64,000 nt of DNA from NCBI GenBank assembly GCA_009377445.1, contig WHUA01000004.1:215630-279629 (forward strand), read 5' to 3'. Position 1 is the stretch's first letter, and each line of letters begins with the position of its first letter. The position numbers and the translations under genes are program-made. Source of the DNA: Alphaproteobacteria bacterium (GTDB lineage Bacteria > Pseudomonadota > Alphaproteobacteria > UBA8366). Shown one piece after another: positions 9,352-18,829 of this stretch. The notes under the pieces were generated by a model. That model did no database searches, was not told where the DNA came from, and worked only from the letters and a program-made list of their open reading frames with translations.

Positions 9352-10614
9352 TTACGGCGCGGCGGTTATCACCAACGACGCGTTGGTGCCGCCGAAACCG
9401 AAGGAGTTCGACATGACGTTGCGGACCCTCCGTTCCTTCGCCCTGTGCGGAACCAGGTCGATGTCGCATCCCGGCGACGGCTTGTCGAGATTGAGGGTCG
9501 GCGGCACGACACCCGACTCGATCGCCTTGATGCAGAAGATCGCCTCCACCGCGCCGGCGGCGCCGAGCAGGTGGCCGATCGCGGATTTCGTCGACGACAT
9601 GCTGAGCTTGTAGGCGTGGCCGCCGTAGAGACGCTTCACCGCGTTGACCTCGATCTCGTCGCCGAGCGGCGTGGAGGTGCCATGCGCGTTCACGTAATCG
9701 ATGTCTTCCGGGTTCAGCCGGGCGCGCTTCAGCGCCGCCTGCATCGCGCGGAATGCACCGCTGCCATCCGGGGCCGGCGCAGTGATGTGGTATGCGTCGC
9801 CGGAGAGCCCGTAGCCGATAATCTCGGCGTAGATATGGGCGCCGCGCTTCTTGGCGTGCTCCAGCTCTTCGAGGATCAACACCCCCGCTCCCTCGCCCAT
9901 GACGAAACCGTCGCGGGCGATGTCCCACGGCCGCGAGGCCTTTTGCGGCGTATCGTTGAATTCCGTGGATAGCGCTTTCGAAGCGGCAAAGCCGGCGATG
10001 CCGATGCGGCACACGGTTGCCTCCGTGCCGCCGGCCACCATCACGTCGGCGTCGTCCAGCGCGATAAGGCGCGCCGCGTCGCCGATGGCGTGCGCGCCGG
10101 ACGCGCAGGCGGTCACCACCGCATGATTCGGCCCGCGAAACCCGAACCGGATGGACACTTGCCCCGACGCGAGGTTGATCAGGTTGGAGGCGATGAAGAA
10201 CGGGCTGACCCGGCGCGGCCCCCTCTCATGCAGGGTGATCGAGGTTTCGCAGATGCCGGGCAGGCCGCCGATGCCCGAGCCGATCATGACGCCGGTCCGT
10301 TCGCGGTCCTCGTCGGACTGCGGCTCCCAGCCGGAATCCGTGACGGCCTCGCGGGCGGCTGCAATGGCGCAGACGATGAAGCGGTCCATCTTGCGCTGGT
10401 CTTTCGGCTCGACCCATTCGTCGGGGTCGAAGGCGCCGTCGGCCGCCCGCCCGGCGGGAAGCTGCCCGGCGATCTTGCAGGCCAGATCGCTCGTGTCGAA
10501 TGATTGAATCGCGCCGATTCCCGATTCCCCACCGATCAGCCGCCGCCAGACATGACGGACGCCAACGCCGAGGGGGCAGACGGTGCCCAGGCCGGTTACG
10601 ACTACGCGGCGCAT
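9352..10614 (-). CDS. fabF: beta-ketoacyl-ACP synthase II
   Basis: 420 aa. Active-site ACASGAHAIG, HGTSTPLGD, NSFGFGGTNASL. Confidence 0.95.
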   Translation of the reverse strand: MRRVVVTGLGTVCPLGVGVRHVWRRLIGGESGIGAIQSFDTSDLACKIAGQLPAGRAADGAFDPDEWVEPKDQRKMDRFIVCAIAAAREAVTDSGWEPQSDEDRERTGVMIGSGIGGLPGICETSITLHERGPRRVSPFFIASNLINLASGQVSIRFGFRGPNHAVVTACASGAHAIGDAARLIALDDADVMVAGGTEATVCRIGIAGFAASKALSTEFNDTPQKASRPWDIARDGFVMGEGAGVLILEELEHAKKRGAHIYAEIIGYGLSGDAYHITAPAPDGSGAFRAMQAALKRARLNPEDIDYVNAHGTSTPLGDEIEVNAVKRLYGGHAYKLSMSSTKSAIGHLLGAAGAVEAIFCIKAIESGVVPPTLNLDKPSPGCDIDLVPHRAKERRVRNVMSNSFGFGGTNASLVITAAP

Positions 10615-10659
10615 TGCGGAAACTCGGGTTACGTGTGGACCCTGACCGCCGGCTCTAAC

Positions 10660-10896
10660 CTAGCCGGCGTTCTCCTCGATGTAACTGATGGCGTCCTTGA
10701 CGGTAAGGATCTTCTCTGCGGCATCATCGGGGATCTCGCAGCCGAACTCTTCCTCGAACGCCATGACGAGCTCAACCGTATCCAGGCTGTCCGCGCCGAG
10801 ATCGTCGATGAAACTCGCATTGTCGGACACCTTCGCCTCGTCCACGCCAAGATGCTCCACGACGATCTTCTTTACCCGCTCAGAAACGTCACTCAT
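10660..10896 (-). CDS. acpP: acyl carrier protein
   Basis: Internal start [18 protein letters not shown]... (ATG at 10896) in ORF 10660..10953(-). [12 protein letters not shown] phosphopantetheine site. 78 aa. Confidence 0.95.
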   Translation of the reverse strand: MSDVSERVKKIVVEHLGVDEAKVSDNASFIDDLGADSLDTVELVMAFEEEFGCEIPDDAAEKILTVKDAISYIEENAG

Positions 10897-11062
10897 ATCC
10901 TTTGAACCCTTCTTAGATTTATGGGTAACGGCCCGGGGGCGGCCGCCCTTCAAATAAGCACGTATTCCCCGGTTGCGAAAGCCGCCCCATACGGAGGCGG
11001 CGCTTGGTTAACACACTTTGCCGGCAATGGCCAGCGCCCGCGCACGTTCAGGTTTTAGCCAA

Positions 11063-11800
11063 TCAGATCATGACCATACCGCCGTTTATGTGCAAGGTTT
11101 GACCGGTCACGTAGGACGCCTCGCCGCTCGCCAAATACAGCACTCCGGCAGCGACGTCGCCGGGCGTGCCGAGGCGCTTCGCCGGCACTGCCGCCAGCAG
11201 CTTCTCCTTGATGTCGTCCTTCAGCCCTTCGGTCATCGGCGTCTCGATGAAGCCGGGGGCGACGCAGTTCACGGTGATGCCGCGCGCCGCGACCTCCTGT
11301 GCGATCGACTTGGACATGCCGATCATGCCGGCCTTGGACGCCGCGTAATTGGCCTGCCCCGCGTTGCCGGTGACGCCGACGATCGAGGTGATGTTGACGA
11401 TCCGTCCCCACCGCCGCTGCATCATGCCGCGCATGACGGCCCGGCTGAGACGGAAGGCCGCGCCGAGGTTCACGTCCAGCACCTTCGCCCAGTCGTCGTC
11501 CGTCAGCCGCATCGACAGCATGTCGCGCGTCATGCCGGCGTTGTTCACCAGGATGTCGATCTGGCCGAGCGCCCCTTCCACGTCTTTGACGAGCAGGGCC
11601 GGCGCCGCCGGATCGGAAAGGTCGGCCGGCGCGACGTGCGCCCGCTCGCCGAGCGCGCCCGCCAGCGCGTCCAGCGCATCGCGCCTGGTTCCGGTCAACG
11701 CGACGGCCGCGCCCGCCGCGTGCAGGCATTCCGCGATGGCGCGCCCGATGCCGCCCGAAGCCCCGGTGACCAATGCCGACTTGCCCGAAAGATCAAACAT
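11063..11800 (-). CDS. fabG: 3-oxoacyl-ACP reductase
   Basis: 245 aa. TGASGGIGRAIA, NNAGMTRD, YAASKAG. Located between fabD and acpP. Confidence 0.95.
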   Translation of the reverse strand: MFDLSGKSALVTGASGGIGRAIAECLHAAGAAVALTGTRRDALDALAGALGERAHVAPADLSDPAAPALLVKDVEGALGQIDILVNNAGMTRDMLSMRLTDDDWAKVLDVNLGAAFRLSRAVMRGMMQRRWGRIVNITSIVGVTGNAGQANYAASKAGMIGMSKSIAQEVAARGITVNCVAPGFIETPMTEGLKDDIKEKLLAAVPAKRLGTPGDVAAGVLYLASGEASYVTGQTLHINGGMVMI

Positions 11801-11851
11801 CCGTTCCGTCCCCGTCTTGAGCCCGAGGCGGCCTTGCCGCCGGGCCCTGCG

Positions 11852-12793
11852 TCAAATCTGCTTCACGAAATCGTCGAAGTCCGCCGGCGATTGCAGGGAT
11901 TTCGCCGTCATCTCCCGCGCGATTCGCCGCGTCAGGCCGGACAGCACCTTCCCCGCCCCGGCCTCGACCAGGGTATCCACTTCCTGCTGCCGCATATAGA
12001 GGACGCTCTCGCGCCAGCGGACCATGGCCGTCACCTGCTCGACCAGGAGACGTCGGATCTTCTCGGGATCCTCGACCCGGTCCGCCGTGACGTTCGCCAC
12101 GAGCGGCACGAGCGGCGCCTCGATCGCAGCAGCCGCCAGGGCTTCCTCCATGACGTCGGCCGCCGGCTGCATCAGCGCACAGTGAAAGGGCGCGCTGACC
12201 GGCAGCATGATGCTGCGCTTCGCTCCGCGCTCGGCTGCGATCGCCACCGCCTTCTCGACCGCGGCCTTGGCGCCGCTCACCACGATCTGGCCAGGAGCGT
12301 TGTCGTTGGCGCAGTTGCAGACGCCCACCGCCGACGCTTCCGCGGCCACGTTCCGCGCTGCGTCCAGCTCGAGGCCGAGCAGCGCCGCCATGGCCCCCTC
12401 GCCGACCGGAACCGCCTTCTGCATGGCCTGCCCGCGCAGCTTGAGCAGCCGGGCGGCGTCGGCCAGCCGAAGCGCGCCGCTCGCCGCCAGTGCGGAATAT
12501 TCGCCGAGCGAATGCCCGGCGACGAAGGCCGCCTTGTCGGCGAGCCTGACATTACATTCCTGTTCCAGGATGGCGACGACCGCCATGCTGACGGCCATCA
12601 GGGCGGGCTGCGCATTTTCCGTAAGCCGGAGCTCTTCGTCCGGGCCCTCGAACATGAGGCGGCTGAGCTTCTGCCCGAGGGCGTCGTCGGCCTCTTCGAA
12701 CACCAGCCGGGCGGCCGGGAAGGCCTCGGCCAGGTCGCGGCCCATACCGACCGCCTGCGACCCCTGGCCGGGAAACACGAATGCGCACTTCAT
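11852..12793 (-). CDS. fabD: malonyl-CoA:ACP transacylase
   Basis: 313 aa. FPGQGSQ and GHSLGEYSAL active-site motif. Confidence 0.95.
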   Translation of the reverse strand: MKCAFVFPGQGSQAVGMGRDLAEAFPAARLVFEEADDALGQKLSRLMFEGPDEELRLTENAQPALMAVSMAVVAILEQECNVRLADKAAFVAGHSLGEYSALAASGALRLADAARLLKLRGQAMQKAVPVGEGAMAALLGLELDAARNVAAEASAVGVCNCANDNAPGQIVVSGAKAAVEKAVAIAAERGAKRSIMLPVSAPFHCALMQPAADVMEEALAAAAIEAPLVPLVANVTADRVEDPEKIRRLLVEQVTAMVRWRESVLYMRQQEVDTLVEAGAGKVLSGLTRRIAREMTAKSLQSPADFDDFVKQI

Positions 12794-13048
12794 TGCTGTA
12801 TTGGCCCTTCCCCCGATAAAGGCGGCGTCAGTGATAGCCGTTCACAGCCGTGAGTCAAGCGGGACCGAAAGCTCGGTTTTCCCTTTTCCCTCCGCCGCAA
12901 ATGTGTATAGTGCGCCCCGCTCGACGCCCGCCTCCATCGAGGCGGGCTATCATTCATAGCTCCTTACCGGCCCCGCGGGGCTGGTTAGGCCCGGGCGGTC
13001 CGCCAAGCCGGACGCCGGGCCGCAAACAGCCGAAGGGAGTAACTGCCG

Positions 13049-13522
13049 ATGTCGCTTTACGAAAGCGTGTTCATTGTCCGTCAGGACGTGACCGCCGCCC
13101 AGGTCGATGCCCTCGCCGACAGCTTCGCCAAGATCGTCGACGACACCGGCGGGACCGTCCAACGGCGCGAATATTGGGGGCTGCGAAGCCTCTCTTTCCG
13201 CATCAAGAAGAACCGCAAAGGGCACTATGTGCTCTTCAATCTGGATGCGCCGCCCGCCTCGATCCAGGAGATGGAGCGGAACATGCACATCAACGAGGAC
13301 GTGCTGCGTTATATGACCGTCCGCGTGGAGAAGCTCCGCGAAGAGCCGTCGCCGATCATGCAGGGCAAGGGCGACCGGGAGCGCGAGCGCGCCGACCGGA
13401 CCGGCCGTGGCGGTCCGCGGGGGGGCCGGGGCGACCGGGGCGACCGGCCGCGGTTCGAAGACCGCGACCGCGGCGATGACGACGGCGGACGCCCGCGCAG
13501 CGACAGCACCTCGGAGGAATAG
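13049..13522 (+). CDS. rpsF: 30S ribosomal protein S6 (with long R/G/D-rich C-terminal tail)
   Basis: 157 aa. MSLYESVFIVRQDV...REYWGLRSLSFRIKKNRKGHYVLFN. GGGAG SD before the ATG. Confidence 0.95.
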   Translation: MSLYESVFIVRQDVTAAQVDALADSFAKIVDDTGGTVQRREYWGLRSLSFRIKKNRKGHYVLFNLDAPPASIQEMERNMHINEDVLRYMTVRVEKLREEPSPIMQGKGDRERERADRTGRGGPRGGRGDRGDRPRFEDRDRGDDDGGRPRSDSTSEE

Positions 13523-13525
13523 ATC

Positions 13526-13771
13526 ATGGCACCACCCCGTTCAGGCGGCAGACGCCCCTTTTTCCGGCGCCGGAAGACATGCCCGTTCGCGGGCCCGAAC
13601 GCGCCCGTGATCGATTATACGGACATCAAGCTGTTGGGCCGCTTCGTTTCCGAGCGCGGCAAGATCGTGCCCAGCCGCATCACCGCCGTGTCGGCGAAAA
13701 AGCAGCGCGAGCTGTCGAAGGCGATCAAGCGCGCGCGCTTCCTCGGCCTGCTGCCCTACGTCGTGAACTGA
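13526..13771 (+). CDS. rpsR: 30S ribosomal protein S18
   Basis: 81 aa. ...[10 protein letters not shown]...[35 protein letters not shown]. Confidence 0.95.
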   Translation: MAPPRSGGRRPFFRRRKTCPFAGPNAPVIDYTDIKLLGRFVSERGKIVPSRITAVSAKKQRELSKAIKRARFLGLLPYVVN

Positions 13772-13805
13772 GGCACCGGCGCGGAGCCGATCAGGAGACC
13801 AGGCC

Positions 13806-14435
13806 ATGGATATCATTCTACTCGAGCGGATCGAAAAGCTCGGCCAGATGGGCGACGTCGTGAAGGTGAAGGCGGGATTTGCCCGCAACTACCTCCTGCC
13901 GCACAAGAAAGCCCTGCGCGCGACCAAGGAAAACCTCGCCTACTTCTCGACGCAGCGCCAGCAGCTCGAGGCGGAGAACATCAAGCATCGCGACGAAGCG
14001 CAAAAGATCGCCGACAAGCTCAACGGCCTCAAGGTCGTGGTGATCCGCAGCGCCGGCGACACGGGCCAGCTCTACGGCTCGGTCAACGCCCGCGACATCG
14101 CCAACGCGGTCACCGAAGCGGGCTTCACGGTCCAGCGCAGCCAGGTCGTGATGGAACGCCCGGTCAAGGCGCTCGGCCTGTTCGATCTTCGGGTGCGCCT
14201 GCATCCGGAGGTGTCGGCGACCATCACCGCCAACATCGCGCGGTCGGAAGACGAAGCCGCGGAGCAGCAGCGCCTCGGTCACGCGATCATCGCGGGCGAG
14301 CTCGAGGAGGCGGACGAGGAGCGCGCCCGGGCGGAAGCGGAAGCGATGTTCGAGCCGGAAGCGATCGAGCGCGTGAACGCGGAAGCCGAAGAAGCGGCCG
14401 AAGAAGCAGCCGCCGCCGAATCGGACGAGAAATAA
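13806..14435 (+). CDS. rplI: 50S ribosomal protein L9 (acidic C-terminal extension)
   Basis: 209 aa. MDIILLERIEKLGQMGDVVKVKAGFARNYLLP. Confidence 0.95.
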   Translation: MDIILLERIEKLGQMGDVVKVKAGFARNYLLPHKKALRATKENLAYFSTQRQQLEAENIKHRDEAQKIADKLNGLKVVVIRSAGDTGQLYGSVNARDIANAVTEAGFTVQRSQVVMERPVKALGLFDLRVRLHPEVSATITANIARSEDEAAEQQRLGHAIIAGELEEADEERARAEAEAMFEPEAIERVNAEAEEAAEEAAAAESDEK

Positions 14436-14594
14436 GCCGGAACACGAGCGTGTCCTGCGGCGCCGAAATGCGCCGCAGGCGGACGATATCCGGTCAGCGT
14501 GACCATTGGTCCTGCTGGGATTCGTGGGTTATCCCCGACTTCCTTGCAATTCGCCGGTTGCCGCCGCCGCCGGCAGTGGTAAGGTCCGCGCCCC

Positions 14595-16115
14595 ATGGTT
14601 AATACATCGACCGAGAGCAATATCGCGTCGCTTCGCGGCAGTGGCGACATCGAACGGACCGAGATCCGCATCCCGCCGCACAATGCGGAGATCGAGGCGG
14701 CGTTGCTCGGCGCTCTCCTGACGAACAATCGCGCCTACGAGCGTATCGGCGATTTCCTCCGCGCCGAACATTTCTACGAGCCGGTGCACGGGCGCATCTA
14801 CAGCGCGCTGGAAAAGCTCATCGAGCAGGGACAGATCGCGAGCCCCCTCACCCTCAAGCATTTCTTCGAGAAGGACGAAGCGCTGAGCGCGGTGGGCGGA
14901 TCGCAATATCTGTTCGACCTCGCCGCCTCCGTGGTGACGGTCATCAACGCCACCGATTATGGTCGCACGATCCACGACTTGTTCCTGCGCCGCCAGCTCA
15001 TCACCCTCGGCGAAGACGTCGTCAACGACGCCTATGCGCCCGAAATCGACAGTCCCGCGACCGACCAGATCGAGGCCGCGGAGCAGCGTCTCTACGACCT
15101 CGCCAATACCGGCGAGCTGGAGCGTGGCGTCGTCACGCTCGGCGACGCGGCGCGCAGGGCCGTCGAGAGCGCGGAGGAAGCCTTCCGCCGCGACAGTCAC
15201 GTGGTCGGCGTCACGACCGGCCTCAGGGATCTGGACAACAAGCTGGGCGGGCTGCACCCGTCGGACCTTCTCATCCTCGCCGGCCGGCCGGCGATGGGCA
15301 AGACCGCACTCGCCACGAATATCGCCTTCAACGCGGCCGAAGCATACAACTCGTACGTCGACGAATCGGGACGCACCATCACGGATGGCGGCCACGTGCT
15401 TTTCTTTTCGCTGGAAATGTCGGCGGAGCAGCTCGCCGCCCGTATCCTGTCGGAGCAGGCGCAAATCTCATCCGACGCCATCCGCCGCGGCGACATCAGC
15501 AGCGAGGAATTCAACCGCCTCGTCGTCGCGAGCCAGAAGCTGCACCGGCTGCCGCTCTATATCGACGATTCGCCGGCGCTCAGCATCTCCGGGCTGCGGA
15601 CGCGCGCGCGCCGACTGAAGCGCCAGCAGAAGCTGCACATGATCGTTGTCGACTATCTGCAGCTCCTGCATCCCTCGCCGGGCCGGCGCAGCGAGAACCG
15701 CGTCCAGGAGATTTCCGAGATCACGCGCGGCTTGAAGACGCTGGCGAAGGAGCTCGAGGTTCCGGTGCTGGCGCTGTCGCAGCTCTCGCGCCAGGTCGAG
15801 AACCGCGAAGACAAGCGGCCGCAACTTGCCGACCTTCGCGAGTCGGGATCGATCGAACAGGACGCCGACGTGGTGATGTTCATCTTCCGCGAGGAGTACT
15901 ACCTGGAAAAAGCGCAGCCGCTCCTCGGCGTGGACGAGGAGCAGGTCAAGTTTTCCGACCGGTTCGAAAAGTGGAACAACCGCATCGAAGAAGTGCGCAA
16001 CACGGCGAGCGTGATCATCGCGAAGCAGCGTCACGGCCCGGTCGGAACGATCGACCTTTTCTTCGACGGCAAGTTCACGCGGTTCGACGACCTGGACCGG
16101 CAGCATGACGAATGA
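14595..16115 (+). CDS. dnaB: replicative DNA helicase
   Basis: 506 aa. PPHNAEIEAALLGALL, Walker A GRPAMGKTALA, LSQLSRQVENRE, ADLRESGSIEQDAD. Confidence 0.95.
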   Translation: MVNTSTESNIASLRGSGDIERTEIRIPPHNAEIEAALLGALLTNNRAYERIGDFLRAEHFYEPVHGRIYSALEKLIEQGQIASPLTLKHFFEKDEALSAVGGSQYLFDLAASVVTVINATDYGRTIHDLFLRRQLITLGEDVVNDAYAPEIDSPATDQIEAAEQRLYDLANTGELERGVVTLGDAARRAVESAEEAFRRDSHVVGVTTGLRDLDNKLGGLHPSDLLILAGRPAMGKTALATNIAFNAAEAYNSYVDESGRTITDGGHVLFFSLEMSAEQLAARILSEQAQISSDAIRRGDISSEEFNRLVVASQKLHRLPLYIDDSPALSISGLRTRARRLKRQQKLHMIVVDYLQLLHPSPGRRSENRVQEISEITRGLKTLAKELEVPVLALSQLSRQVENREDKRPQLADLRESGSIEQDADVVMFIFREEYYLEKAQPLLGVDEEQVKFSDRFEKWNNRIEEVRNTASVIIAKQRHGPVGTIDLFFDGKFTRFDDLDRQHDE

Positions 16116-17239
16116 CGGCTTCCTCTGACTTCGCCGGCCCAGCGCATGCGACGACCTTCCTCACGGTCGATCTCGATGCGCTGGCGACCAACTATCGCCT
16201 GCTGGCCGGCCGGGCAGCCCCGGCGCGATGCGCCGCGGTGGTCAAGGCGGACGGCTACGGCCTCGGCGTCGGCCCTGTCGCGCGCACGCTGAGCGCGGCT
16301 GGCTGCGAAACCTTCTTCGTCGCCCATCTCGACGAGGCCGTCATACTGCGCCGGGAGCTCGCGGAAGCAGCCGCCGCTCCGGAGATCTACGTGCTCAACG
16401 GGCTGATGGCGGAAGACGAACAGGTCTTTCGCGACCACCTGCTGATGCCGGTCTTGAACGATCTAGGCCAGGTCGAGCGCTGGGCGGAGGATTGCCGCGC
16501 GCATGGCCCCCACCCGGCGGCGATCCATCTCGACACCGGCATGAGCCGGCTCGGGCTGCCGCGGGACGAGCAGGAAACGCTGATGAGCGAGCCGGAACGA
16601 CTGCGCGGCATCCCGCTGCGCTGCGTGATGAGCCATCTCGCCTGCGCGGACACGCCGGACCATCCCCTCAACCGGCAGCAGCAGCGCGATTTCGCCGCCG
16701 CGATCGGCCGTCTGCCCAAGGCGATTGCCTCGCTTTCCGCGTCGTCCGGGATCTTCCTCGGCCCCGACTGGCATTTCGACATGGTCCGCCCCGGCGTCGC
16801 GCTGTACGGCGTCGCGCCGGCCGAGGGCCGGCCCAATCCCATGGCGCCGGTCGCCGGTCTATACGGCAAGATCATCCAGGTGCGGCGCGTTGACGCTCCC
16901 GGTACCGTTGGATATGGTGCGACCCATCGTTTTGCCGGACCGACGCGCGTGGCGACAGTGGCGGCCGGATACGCGGACGGCTACTTGCGCAGCCTGAGCG
17001 GACGGGCGACCGCCTATATCGGCGATGTCGCCGTACCCCTGATCGGCCGGGTCTCGATGGATCTCATCACGCTCGACATCTCCAACGTCCCGCATGCGGA
17101 AGCCGGCGACATCGTCGAGCTGATCGGCCCGCATGCCGACCTGGACGCCGTCGCCAAGACGGCGGGAACGATCGGATACGAGATTCTCACGAGCTTGGGG
17201 CGCCGATATCGCCGCCATTATGTCGGGGGGGCCGGATGA
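16112..17239 (+). CDS. alr: alanine racemase
   Basis: 375 aa. AVVKADGYGLG (PLP lysine), VSMDLITLDIS. ATGA overlap with dnaB stop. Confidence 0.9.
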   Translation: MTASSDFAGPAHATTFLTVDLDALATNYRLLAGRAAPARCAAVVKADGYGLGVGPVARTLSAAGCETFFVAHLDEAVILRRELAEAAAAPEIYVLNGLMAEDEQVFRDHLLMPVLNDLGQVERWAEDCRAHGPHPAAIHLDTGMSRLGLPRDEQETLMSEPERLRGIPLRCVMSHLACADTPDHPLNRQQQRDFAAAIGRLPKAIASLSASSGIFLGPDWHFDMVRPGVALYGVAPAEGRPNPMAPVAGLYGKIIQVRRVDAPGTVGYGATHRFAGPTRVATVAAGYADGYLRSLSGRATAYIGDVAVPLIGRVSMDLITLDISNVPHAEAGDIVELIGPHADLDAVAKTAGTIGYEILTSLGRRYRRHYVGGAG

Positions 17240-18015
17240 CGGCGGTGCAGACGATCGGACGCGTATTCCTCGCCTTTCTCGAGCTGGTGGGACAGGTGAC
17301 CATGTTCACGCTGGTCGCCGTTTCGCATTGCCTCAGGCCGCCCTTCTACTTCCGGCTGATCGGCCGCCAGATGATGGAGATCGGCTATTACTCGCTTCCG
17401 GTCATCGCGCTGACCACGCTGTTCGCCGGCATGGTGCTGGCGCTGCAGAGCTACACCGGATTCCAGCGCAACTCGGTCGGCGCCGAAAGCGCGATCGCCG
17501 AGATCGTGGTGCTCAGCATCACGCGCGAGCTGGGACCGGTGCTCGCCGGACTGATGGTCGCCGCCCGCGTCGGATCGTCCATCGCCGCCGAGATCGGCAC
17601 GATGCGCGTTACCGAGCAGATCGACGCGCTGGTCACGCTTTCGACCAATCCGTTCAAGTTCCTCGTCGCGCCGCGCGTCATCGCCGGCGTGGCGACACTG
17701 CCGCTTCTCATCGTCATCGGCGACATCATCGGCGTGTTCGGCGGCTATATCGTCTCGATCTACAGGCTGGGCTTCAATCCGACCCTCTATCTCAAGACGA
17801 GCTGGGACAAGCTCTTCGCGGAAGATGTCATAACCGGCCTGGTCAAGGCGGCGGTCTTCGGGTTCATCATCACGCTGATGGGATGCTACCAGGGCTACAA
17901 CTCGCGCGGCGGCGCGCAGGGCGTCGGCGCGGCGACGATCAATTCGGTGGTCAGCTCATCGATCCTGATCCTGATCCTCAATTACCTCATCTCCGCGATG
18001 TTCTTCGGCACATGA
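17236..18015 (+). CDS. mlaE: MlaE-family ABC transporter permease
   Basis: 259 aa multi-TM. ...RELGPVLAGLMVAARVGSSIAAEIGTMRVTEQIDAL, typical MlaE core. Overlaps alr stop. Confidence 0.85.
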   Translation: MTAVQTIGRVFLAFLELVGQVTMFTLVAVSHCLRPPFYFRLIGRQMMEIGYYSLPVIALTTLFAGMVLALQSYTGFQRNSVGAESAIAEIVVLSITRELGPVLAGLMVAARVGSSIAAEIGTMRVTEQIDALVTLSTNPFKFLVAPRVIAGVATLPLLIVIGDIIGVFGGYIVSIYRLGFNPTLYLKTSWDKLFAEDVITGLVKAAVFGFIITLMGCYQGYNSRGGAQGVGAATINSVVSSSILILILNYLISAMFFGT

Positions 18016-18785
18016 CGGCGCCGAAAATCCGCCTGCAGGGTGTCCGCAAGAAATTCGGCGCGAAGGTCGTGCTGGACGGCGTCGACCTGGACGTCATGGC
18101 GGGCGAATCGGTCGTCATCATCGGCGGCTCCGGTTCCGGCAAGTCCGTGACGCTCAAATGCATCCTCGGCCTGATGACGCCCGACGCGGGAGAGATCGCG
18201 ATCGACGGCGAGCCGGTCATCGGCGTCGGCGGCCGCGAGCGCGAGCGCATCAACGCCAAGATCGGCATGCTGTTTCAGAGCGCCGCCCTGTTCGACAGCC
18301 TCACCGTCTGGGAGAACGCCGCCTTCGGGCTGATCGCCGGCAAAGGAATGTCGCGCCGCGAAGCGCGGCCGGTCGCCATGGAGATGCTCGCCCGAGTCGG
18401 TCTCGACGCCAAGTTCGCGATGATGTCGCCGGCCGACCTTTCCGGCGGCATGCGCAAGCGCGTCGGCCTGGCCCGCGCCATCGCCATCGAGCCTGAGATC
18501 CTGTTCTTCGACGAGCCGACCACCGGAATCGATCCGATCATGGGCGACATCATCAACGAGCTGATCGTCAAGTGCACCGAGGAAACCGGCGCGACGGCGC
18601 TGACCATCACCCACGACATGGCGAGCGCCCGGAAAATTTCCGATCGGATCGCCATGCTGTATAAGGGAAAGATCGTCTGGGCCGGCCCGACCGGCGAGAT
18701 CGACCGGGCGGACAACGGCATTGTGCAGCAGTTCATCAACGGCCGGGCCGAAGGGCCGATCGAGATTGACGTGCGCCGGCTGTGA
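18012..18785 (+). CDS. mlaF: MlaF-like ABC transporter ATP-binding protein
   Basis: In frame in ORF 17133..18785. Start MTAPKIRLQGVRKKFG (ATG 18012, overlaps mlaE stop). GGSGSGKSV Walker A, LSGGMRKRVGLARA signature. Confidence 0.85.
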   Translation: MTAPKIRLQGVRKKFGAKVVLDGVDLDVMAGESVVIIGGSGSGKSVTLKCILGLMTPDAGEIAIDGEPVIGVGGRERERINAKIGMLFQSAALFDSLTVWENAAFGLIAGKGMSRREARPVAMEMLARVGLDAKFAMMSPADLSGGMRKRVGLARAIAIEPEILFFDEPTTGIDPIMGDIINELIVKCTEETGATALTITHDMASARKISDRIAMLYKGKIVWAGPTGEIDRADNGIVQQFINGRAEGPIEIDVRRL

Positions 18786-18829
18786 GCCCGCGGACGGCCG
18801 CGGCGTAACGCCAGATCGCGGAGCAGCGT

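Noticed and set aside
8348-10012. 554-aa minus ORF suggesting a fused fabF-mltG protein, and the 744-aa ORF 32118-34352 suggesting a guaB-GNAT fusion
   Set aside because: In both cases the upstream part is an out-of-frame read over the neighbouring gene. The genuine fabF (9352-10614) and guaB (32762-34225) lie in other frames. The true mltG and GNAT start internally, at 9343 and 32639.
11018-12853. 611-aa plus-strand ORF across fabG and fabD
   Set aside because: Antisense to fabG/fabD, which carry unmistakable catalytic motifs. No motifs of its own.
13330-14435. R/G/D-rich tail of S6 and E/A-rich tail of L9 as inserted foreign domains
   Set aside because: Low-complexity charged C-terminal extensions of S6 and L9 are, as far as I recall, common in Alphaproteobacteria. 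There is no junction or composition break in the DNA. I do not treat them as anomalies.
14529-14537. DnaA box upstream of dnaB (TTATCCCCG)
   Set aside because: Only a 7/9 match to the consensus, a single copy, and no adjacent promoter elements that I could recognise. Likely chance.
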